This document shows, piece by piece, positions 25,512 to 36,500 of a stretch of 64,000 bases of DNA. A program made the translations under genes and the position numbers. Numbering within the stretch: the first letter of the stretch is position 1; the number at the start of each line of letters is the position of its first letter. The stretch lies in assembly GCA_964016885.1 (NCBI GenBank), contig OZ024761.1, forward strand, positions 4,340,001-4,404,000, written 5' to 3'. The stretch comes from Eledone cirrhosa. Its lineage: Eukaryota. Under the pieces are notes generated by a model. That model searched no databases, had not been told where the DNA came from, and was given only the letters and a program-made list of their open reading frames with translations.

Positions 25512-27555
25512 ACAAAGAGGGTGTGGTAAGATACCTATATATATTTAAATCAATTTTATTCATAGTTGTATAAATAACATTACAAATCGTTTGCAATTCT
25601 TTCAGAATGAAAATATAAACAGAGCATATATATATAGGTAAAATAACGGAGTAAAGGACTCACGTGTAAACCAGTAATTAAATGATCTCAAAGGAAAGAA
25701 TTTTCCTGAGCACTTTAGAATATAATATAGAGAGGAGAAAACGCAGGAAAGTGTGTTTTCATTACAGGATTTCAACGACCAGCGTGAAGAGAATATAAGT
25801 TAAGAGAGGTGTAGGTGAAACATAATAATTAAAAGGATAAATTAAAATGAGAAACCTACCTCATAAACTAAACAGCACCTGTACAAATTCGCTAAGAATT
25901 TGTTTCGCTGTGCTAGTGGTTACAAACTCGGCTGTTGGCTCACCAGCAGGTGATATTGTCTCCACTACAAGAGATAACTGAAGTAACTAACCCACAGCAC
26001 GTGTGAATAGAGGCAAATACGTGTGTGAGGCAGTGACTGCTGGTATGAACATAAGCCGCTAAACTGTGTTTTCTCCTCTCTGTATTATATATATATATGT
26101 ATATATGTATGTATATATATATGTATGTATGTATATATATATATATACAGGGTGCTGACGATATTTGTTCGCAAGATTACTGTCTAGGAAAAAGTAACAC
26201 AGTAGTTATATTTTTTAAGATATATTTATCAAACTTGGGTCAGTTTGTCTTCATGACTTGTTTTTCCGATCTCACTCGATAAACCCACCATTGGCTTTGA
26301 TGACGGCCTCAAAGCGGCCTCGGAACCTGCTACAGGCCTTCGTCACTGTCCCCCGACTTAGGCCCCTATAGGCACTTGTGATTCTGGCCTTCACATCATC
26401 TTTCATATTGCAGCTAGATCTGTTGGTGTCTCATTCCACTGCGCCCCACAAAAAGAAGTCGAGGGGGTTGCAGTCAGGTGAGCTGGGAGGCCAGATGTCA
26501 GGTGAAGTGTGGTCGACGAAGTTCTCTGACAGCCAGGCTTGGGTCTTTCGGCTGGTATGGCAGGGCACTGAGTTTTGCTGCCACACGTACGCCCTACCTG
26601 CAGCTACCTGGTCGATACAGGGCTTTACTACCTCGCTCAGAACGCGGATGTAGCCATCGGTGTTCAGCTTGAGGCCCTCAGGGAAGAAGTGAGGTCGCAT
26701 GATGTCACCTTGAGTGCTGACGACACCTAAGACCAATGTTGTCGCTGGAAACTTTGTCTGCATGACTCTGGGCACGTCTTTGGATGAGACAGCGAGCCAC
26801 CTGTTGTTCTGGGAGTTGATCTTCTGGTCTAGGCGGAAGTTTTTCTCGTCGGAGAAAAACCACAGCATGTCTGGCTTCAGTGGGTGTTTCTTTGCGTGCT
26901 TCAGTCGCTTTTCTTGCATCGCCTTTGACAGAAATTGTCCTTTCCTCATCTTGTATGAAATGTAGCGAATGTCTTCATGTACCACCAGAGCTTTTCATCC
27001 ACGCCTTTCTCCCTTGCAATGGCACGCATCGACTTGCTAGGTTCATTGTTGATGATATCCTGAACTTCAGCGACGAACTCGGGCGTTCTGAAGGCGTCAG
27101 ATCATCGATCATGTGTTTTCCTCTCTGATGTTGCTTCGTAGTCGAATCCTGAATCTTCCAATTTCTTTCTGACCTTTTCCACCATTCTCCTATGAGATAT
27201 CGTTTTCGGTTTCCTTAGTTCAGGGTTAGAGTAGCCTATAAGGAGGACTGTTTCAACATCCAATGGTGGTTGACTCAACAAGATGTTTACTTCAGTAGCT
27301 CAGTCGTAGGATTGTCCTGTGATAGTTCCATGGTTCAGTAATCCCTGGATTAAAAGAGGATCAACATAGTTTTGAAAATTTGCCAGTAATATTGTAAAAT
27401 ATTCCTCTATATTTGAATTCAATTTTGAGAATTGAGAATTGAGAATTAAGAATTGAGAATAGCGATTTCAAGACAAAAAAAAGGTGACGAAACATATGTA
27501 AATGCTAGAAATAAACCCTAATGTACTACTTATCTGTCTTAATCCTGTTTTCATC

Positions 27556-27599
<44 letters not shown>

Positions 27600-30500
27600 A
27601 AAAAGAGATGAAATCGAAAATGCAACTGGAGTCTTATTTTTTTTAAAAATATATATATTTATTTGGTTCCTTTACCGGTTTCGCAGTTCTTCTGCTTTTC
27701 AAAAGGTGAGTTGAGATGGAGGGTCTGTGGTTTTTCTCACATGGTTATGCGTATACGTGAGTTTTGCGTCTGTGTGAGTATGCGGGTTCGTACGTATGGA
27801 GGGTGTGTGTATATGTGTACTTTGTGTTTTGGTTGACATACGTCCGCGTACATGTATGTATTTACAGGTGGTACGTGTGTGAGCGTGTTTATACTTATTT
27901 ATGTGTGTATATTTCTATACGTTTATATAATTATATGTATACATGCACACTTACACACACATATATATATATTTTTTTAATATATTTTTTTATGTGTATT
28001 TGGTGTATACATTCGTAGTGTGCGGGTACAGGCGTTGCGTGGGGTCTGTATGTGCGTGCGTGTGTTGTTGTTTTTGTGTACGTGCTTGTATTGGCATACC
28101 TATTGCGGGTGTTTTCGCGTATGCTTGTGTATGTACGTATATGGATGCGTGAATGTATTTATTTAATTTCAATTACCACTGTAATTTATTTACTTTATTC
28201 TTAACTCTGAAGCCGAGAATCATTCGGTTTCCTAGTTAGAATTTTAGTCTACGACTTCAGTTATACCATTTACGTGGTTTTGTCTTTGATTGTAATTGTT
28301 CTCACCACTCCACATATGACGCATTATCTTCATTTTTCCGTTCATTGCCAGAGAACGTCTACACGAACCACCTAATAGAATATTAGTCTACGACTTCATT
28401 TATAACATAAACGTGGTTTTGTCTTTGCATGTAATTGTTTTCACCGCTCCAAATTATGACGTATTATCTTTGTCTTTATCCGTTCTTTGCCAGCGAACGT
28501 TTCCACGAACCAAAGTATCGTCTTCCTATCTTCCTTCGGTTGGAACGTCTTTTGAAATATTTACTTCTGCGTCCACAGATTAATTTTTTTAGTTTCAGAA
28601 GATCCCGTTAAGGGTGAAAGCAGCGATTCTTTGCTTAAACTTTAATCTGTTATTTTAATAAATATATATATATCATCATCATCATCATCATCATTTTACG
28701 TCTGCTTTTCCCTGCTTGCAAGGGTGGGACGGGTCTTATTCAGCACAGCATCTCTCCACTCGTCACGGTCCTTCGTCATCTCCACCGTGAGCTTCAATGA
28801 TCTGAGGTCTGTTCTCACCACCTCCGCCCATGTTTTTCGTGGTCTACCTCTACCACGTCTTCCTTCAACTGGCAATTCCTGGCACTTCTTCACCGATCGG
28901 TCATCCTCCATGCGCATCACATGTCCATACCACCTCAGTCTCCTCTCCCGTACACTACATTCTATCCCTCTCAGACACAGTTTCTCTCTCAACACATTTA
29001 TGCTGAGTCGTTCACGCACATTTACACTGCACATCCAACGGAGCATGCTTGCCTCATTTCTCTCCAGCCGTCACATATCCTCTGCAGTTGCTGCCCATGT
29101 CTCACTACCATGCAGCATTGCGCTCCTCACACAGGCATCATACAACCGGCCTTTCGTACGCAGGGAGAAACCCTTCTTCGTCAACAGAAGAAGCAGCTCC
29201 CTAAACTTCTTCCAACCCGTCCTTATTCTAGATACTATGGCCTCGGAACACCATCCTCCCATGCTAATCTGATCTCCTAGGTACCGGAAGCTATCCACCA
29301 CTTCTATAGCGCCCTCTTGCATTTGAAAAATGTGTCTATCAGTGCGACTTCTACTGTCTAATTTCCCTGTACATCTACTGCATACATATTTCTCCCTACC
29401 GGTTAGTTTGCCTGCTATCCCGCTACATCTCTTGTTTACCCAGGATCTGCATTGTGTGCATTTTATAGAATTTATGCCAGTTCCTTTTCTGCATATCGAA
29501 CATGGCCATTTCCCTGACGGGTTACATATATTTTCCTGTATTTCTTTCTCATTACTCAGGTTTCGATGGCTACATTGCTCGCAAACTAAACCAAATATCA
29601 GAATTTGGCAGTTTAGTAAGTGAAACTTTTCATTCTCTATCAAACTACTTCTTCTTTGTCCATTTATTCCTGGAGGGTCTTAGTGGAAGAATCCTCTGAC
29701 ATTCCTCCCAGCGGGTCCTATCAGAAGCAACCATCTCCAGATGATACAACTTCATCCCTAAGTGAGACTAGCTCAGAGAGTTTCTAAGCCCTAATGCGTT
29801 AAATAAAAAAAACAAAAAAACTGAAGCAGTCACCCCCCCCCCCCCCCCAGACCCAGCAAGGGTTCATACAGAAGATCGGGGATTAGACGACAGGCAGCCA
29901 CGGTGGGGGGACGCGCGGTCCTGCCCAGAGATCCCCACACCGCGCGCGAGCTGACAGGCCGGAATCAACCAGCTCTCACTCTAGCATATCTAGCGTCGAC
30001 AGCATCGCCTGACAGCATAGAAGCCTCCTAAGCGCGTCATCCGTGATCCCCAGAGCAGACAACGCCCCCTCAGCCGCGTTTGACCAAGCACCACAAGCCC
30101 CGAAGGGACAGCCATGAACCAAGACTCTCCCGCCTGTTTCTTTTTCAAGTAGAGCAGTCAACGGATGGTATTTTCGTACCTTCTCCGCCGCGGGGTCATT
30201 CAATGCGCTCTCTTGCTCATATCTCACCATGACGTCTACCACCAGCATAGTCCCCCATCTCCTCAATACCAGATCCGGTATGAGCCTCGCATTGTCCACA
30301 CAATACGAGCACTCCCAGCCGACCCTCCAACTGTGGCGCGTGCACTCGTCCGCAATCAGCCGGAAAAGCTGGTCGTGCCTAGCCAAGCGCTTTCTTTTCA
30401 AAAGAGGGCACTGGCCACTGATGTGGGAGATCGTCTCTGCAGCCGCCCCACAGCGTCTGCAGGTCTTCGGTCTGCGACCACCTCTCGCCAGGCATTCCCG

Positions 30501-33500
30501 GGTAGGAAAGGTATTGGTTCGCAATTTAAGACAACTTAAAAAGCTCCCCTCAGAAACCACACCCGGGCGGAGCAACCAATCGTTGCTGATTTGGTTGCCC
30601 CAAAACGACATGGATCTTAGCCGAACATCTTGCTCATGGTTTACCTCAGGGTTTCATGTCTGTTGGCTTTGGCCATAAAATTTTTCCATTGATTCTTTCC
30701 TGCAACATTCTAACCATGTATCTGTAGTACTGGAATTGCAACCACTTGATGTGGAGAGGTAACGGCTTAACCTGGAGTGATGTCTTGATCTCTGAGCTAT
30801 TCACTCTATTGAGTAACATTACTCTTTTCGGGGAACCCCATTTCGACTGCTTGCATTCATATTCTTTTCGTCATTAGCCAAAATTCATGGCAATAGGTAA
30901 GGGTAGGTGCAAATGCTGAATTGAAAATAGGGTGTTTAACTTTTACACCTAATTTCTTTCTTCTGATGACCACAGAAGATACTTAACCCTCAAGGCTATA
31001 TAACTGCCATTCTCAAGACTGTTTGTTTTAAAGTATTCATATTTATCCTGAAACCTTTGCATCATAATTTTATGTAAGAACCGTGGTTAAGTTATATTCC
31101 AAACATGAAATTAAAAATTGCAAAGTTTGTTCTAAAGTGTTTATATGTATCTAAAACCTTTCAGTCAAAAGACCTTTGGTTAAGTTATGTTTCAAACACT
31201 GGATAAATAATGAGAAGGTTTGTTACAAAATCCCTCTGAATTTTCTGTAAGACCCTTTAACCCTTTAGCATTTAAACCGGCTGTATCCAGCCAGAATTCT
31301 TTCACCTCTTTCTGTTTAAATTGGCCATATTAACATGATGATGTTAAGGTATTGTTCTCAAAATAGATAATATCAAAATATTATAGATTCGATATTATGA
31401 AAATATAATAATTAATATAGATTAATCATCATCATCATTTAACGTCCTCTTTCCCCTGCTTGCAAGGGTGGGACGGGAACTGATTCTGGCTTGATTTCTA
31501 CAGCTGGATGCCCTTCCTAACACCAACCTCATTTACAGTGAGTGCTGGGTGCTTTTTTTCCATAGCACCTACACGTCCACTCTGCAGTAGAATGATATGG
31601 ACCCCAGTCCCTATCATCTCATTTCTACAGCTGAGTAAACTGGAGCAATGTGAAATAAAGTGTCTTGCTCAAGGAAACAACACTGTAAATGCTAAAGGGT
31701 TAAGTTATGTTCCAAACAATAAATAATTAATGGCTCCTGATTTAGGCACAAGGCCAACAATTTTGGGGAGTAGAAAGTCAATTAAATCGACCCCAGTGTA
31801 TTACTGGGATAAATAACGAGAAGGTTGGTTATCTATATATAAATTTGAGTGACTTCCATCAGTCTGTCACACAATGTGTGTGTGTGTGTGTGTGTAAAAG
31901 GAAGGAAGGGGATTGTGAAAAAGCTATAGCAAAACAGTGGCTGGTGTTCCATTTGCTATGCTGTGTGTCTTTCATTAGAAATATAATGGCTGACTGATAA
32001 TCTAAATGACACTCAGTGTCTATTATTAATGTCTATCTTACAAAACAACAACAAAAGCCTTCAACTCATTTGATTGAATTAATTAATTTACCTGTCGTTA
32101 CTTATTGTTTCAGTTAGATGTTGTGGTGGACAATATTGGCCGAGGATTGCTCTGGTGCCATTTATGCAAGGTAAATCATAAACTCTGTCATTTCTAGAGC
32201 TGTCAACTCCTTCATTTCTAGAGCTGTCAACTCCTTCATTTCTAGAACTGTCAACTCCGTCATTACTAGAACTGTCAACTCCTCCATTTCTAGAGCTGTC
32301 AACTCCTTCATTTCTAGAACTGTCAACTCCGTCATTACTAGAACTGTCAACTCCTCCATTTCTAGAGCTGTCAACTCCTCCATTTCTAGAACTGTCAACT
32401 CCCCCATTTCTAGAGCTGTCAACTCTGTCATTGTACAGCTGCACTGAATTGAAATCCTACTGGGGTCAACTTTGCCTTTCATCCTCTCAGGTGTCAATAA
32501 ACACCAATCCAGGTGTGATAAATTGGCAGAATTGTTAAAGTTAAATGAAAAGCCTTGTAGTATGTAGCTGTCTTCTGAGGTCTAATCCCATCTTCTACCA
32601 ATATCTAGCTGTCTTCAGAGTTCTAATCCCATCTTCTACCAATATCTAGCTGTCTTCTGAGCTCTAATCCCATCTTCTACCAATATCTAGCTGTCTTCAG
32701 AGTTCTAATCCCATCTTCTACCAATATGTAGCTGTCTTCTGAGGTCTAATCCCATCTTCTACCAATATCTAGCTGTCTTCTGAGCTCTAATCCCATCTTC
32801 TACCAATATCTAGCTGTCTTCAGAGCTCTAATCCCATCTTCTACCAATATCTAGCTGTCTTCTGAGTTCTAATCCCATCTTCTACCAATATGTAGCTGTC
32901 TTCAGAGCTCTAATCCCATCTTCTACCAATATGTAGCTGTCTTCAGAGCTCTAATCCCATCTTCTACCAATATGTAGCTGTCTTCTGAGGTCTAATCCCA
33001 TCTTCTACCAATATCTAGCTGTCTTCTGAGGTCTAATCCCATCTTCTACCAATATGTAGCTGTCTTCAGAGCTCTAATCCCATCTTCTACCAATATGTAG
33101 CTGTCTTCAGAGCTCTAATCCCATCTTCTACCAATATGTAGCTGTCTTCAGAGCTCTAATCCCATCTTCTACCAATATGTAGCTGTCTTCAGAGCTCTAA
33201 TCCCATCTTCTACCAATATCTAGCTGTCTTCAGAGTTCTAATCCCATCTTCTACCAATATCTAGCTGTCTTCTGAGGTCTAATCCCATCTTCTACCAATA
33301 TCTAGCTGTCTTCTGAGGTCTAATCCCATCTTCTACCAATATGTAGCTGTCTTCTGAGGTCTAATCCCATCTTCTACCAATATCTAGCTGTCTTCTGAGT
33401 TCTAATCCCATCTTCTACCAATATGTAGCTGTCTTCAGAGCTCTAATCCCATCTTCTACCAATATGTAGCTGTCTTCTGAGGTCTAATCCCATCTTCTAC

Positions 33501-36500
33501 CAATATTTAGCTGTCTTCAGAGTTCTAATCCCATCTTCTACCAATATGTAGCTGTCTTCTGAGGTCTAATCCCATCTTCTACCAATATCTAGCTGTCTTC
33601 TGAGGTCTAATCCCATCTTCTACCAATATCTAGCTGTCTTCTGAGTTCTAATCCCATCTTCTACCAATATGTAGCTGTCTTCAGAGCTCTAATCCCATCT
33701 TCTACCAATATGTAGCTGTCTTCAGAGCTCTAATCCCATCTTCTACCAATATGTAGCTGTCTTCAGAGCTCTAATCCCATCTTCTACCAATATCTAGCTG
33801 TCTTCTGAGTTCTAATCCCAGGTTTTACCAGTAGATAATATCAACAATAAGAAGACCAATAGAAACATCCTTGGTCTCATCTGATGTTTGGCTACATTCC
33901 TTTATACTAACAAAAACCTTCTTTCTTTTCTTTTTCTAGTTTGGTTACCTGGTGTCAGTTTTGGAATGGTTGACACTAGTATGTACTCACGGTAGAGGTC
34001 CAGACTGGAAGGTTCTCAAGATAAAACACCCTTGGATTATAGAAAAGGTTATGGAGAAAGGTATTTTACCGTGTATTACTCTGTGTCTGCTTGTGATTAA
34101 ATGGTCATCTAAAACAGTGGTCACTAACCAGTGGTCAGCAGACCACTGGAGGTCTGAGAGAAAATTTTGCTGGCCCGCATTAAATTTGGACATTATTTGA
34201 AATTTTTATGTTTTATTAATAATAAAACAAAAATAATATTCAGTTAAAATATATTTTATAACCCCCTTAAAAATATTTTAATAGGTGCATTTCATCATCA
34301 TCATCATTTTATGCCCGCTTTTCCCTGCTTGCAAGGGTGGGACATATTAATAAAATGGAAGTTCTCTGAAGTAGTATCGGTAAAGGGTCTGACACCATGC
34401 TTTGTAGCATAGAGTTACGGCCCTTTATGTTCAGAGTTCAAATCCCGCCGAGGTTAACTTTGCCTTTCATCCTTACGGGGTCGATAAAATAAAGTACCAG
34501 TAATACACTGGGATAATTGCTGGCCTTGTGCCAATAGTAGAAACAATTATTTTACAAATGTATTTATCTTTTTAAAAAAACTCATATTAGTGGTCCTTGG
34601 GGTGGGAAAGGTTGGCAACTGCTGAACATTGTACATATTACCAAGTCTTACTCGATTGTGAGTGACAGATTTCTTTTTAACATTATCACACAGATCATCA
34701 GGGTCTGTAGATGTGGGGTCAGTTAGTACATCAGCCCAATGCATGGAAAGCTGAGAAGGGACCCCTGAATATCTAACAAACCCCTCCTCAAAAGAAACCT
34801 CTCAGACCCCTATAAGTGTGAGACATTGTACCCCACCTTACTTCTAGTTCCTGAAAGAGGCCTTGTTTGCTTTTGCAAAATCTCTCTGAGCCCTCACAGA
34901 ATGTTACCCTAAAAAGATGAGATGTTCTGAACTGGAATGCCTTTGATCAGGGGTTACCCTAGGGCTAAGGAACGTCACACATGGTACAAAACCACACCCT
35001 TTGATCAGGGGTTGACCTTAGGGCTAAGGAACGTCACACATGGTAACTTGTGTTAGATTTGTCTAATTATTGGACTTCTATAAGCTATTCCTCTACACCT
35101 TATATCTCTCCACAGGTTTCAAGACTTCAATAGGGGTGGTCACCATAGCAGGTCTGCATGTGTTGCCCATTCTTCTTTATGCACAATACCAGAATCTACT
35201 CAGGACCCTGTTAGGTTTGTCAGTTTTTCAAGAAAGTCTTCTTATCCTGCTCTTTGTATTTGGTCGCCTTCTCTGTCTGACAGTTGAGGTAAGTAGCAAA
35301 GATAACTCAATCTTTCAAACATTTCCCCCAATTTTAACTCTTTTTTATAGCCATTAACCCTTTAGCATTTACATTACTCTATATATACTATTGTATTTTC
35401 ACAGTATAGGCTTCACCTCACATAATATCTCACATAACATTTACATTACCTTATATATACTATTGTATTTTCACAGTAAGGGCTTTACCTCACATAATAT
35501 CTCACATAACATTTACATTACTCTATATATACTATTGTATTTTCACAGTAAAGGCTTTACCTCACATAATATCTCACATAACATTTACATTACTCTATAT
35601 ATACTATTGTATTTTCACAGTAAAGGCGTTACCTCACATAATATCTCACATAACATTTACATTACTCTATATATACTATTGTATTTTCACAGTAAAGGCG
35701 TTACCTCACATAATATCTCACATAACATTTACATTACTCTATATATACTATTGTATTTTCATAGTAAAGACTTTACCTCACATAATATCTCACATAACAT
35801 TTACATTACTCTATATATACTATTGTATTTTCACAGTAAAGACTTTACCTCACATAATATCTCACATAACATTTACATTACTCTATATATACTATTGTAT
35901 TTTCACAGTAAAGGCTTTACCTCACATAATATCTCACATAACATTTACATTACTCTATATATACTATTGTATTTTCACAGTAAAGGCTTTACCTCCCATA
36001 ACATTTACATTACTCTATATATACTATTGTATTTTCACAGTAAAGGCTTTACCTCCCATAACATTTACATTACTCTATATATACTATTATATTTTCACAG
36101 TAAAGGTTTTACCTCACATAATATCGAATCTATGAGATTTTGATATTATTTATTTTGAGAACAATACCTTAACATCAGTATGAATAGCCAGTTATAGCCG
36201 GTTTGAACAGAAAAAGGTGAGAGAATTCTGGCTAGTTTAAATGCTAAAGGGTTAGAGTGTCAGGTTAAAGGATGTGCTATTTGTTGAAGTTGTCTGTAAT
36301 TACAACAAACCCAGTAATTCTGCTCTCCAGAGTAGTGGTCAACACCCTTGCCCAACACCTCAGATGTGACCATTCAATTCCTTGCAGGTACCTCTGTCCA
36401 CATTTTTTCCATCTCCAGGGACACTTTACCTGATTTTCTTCATTATTATTATTACAGCTGTAGATTGGCAGATCGGTAGAGCGTCAGACACCATGTTTTG

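Noticed and set aside
29071-29643. 190-aa ORF as host-LINE fusion protein
   Set aside because: N-terminal part is just the antisense of exon 3 and its intron, running by chance into the LINE frame
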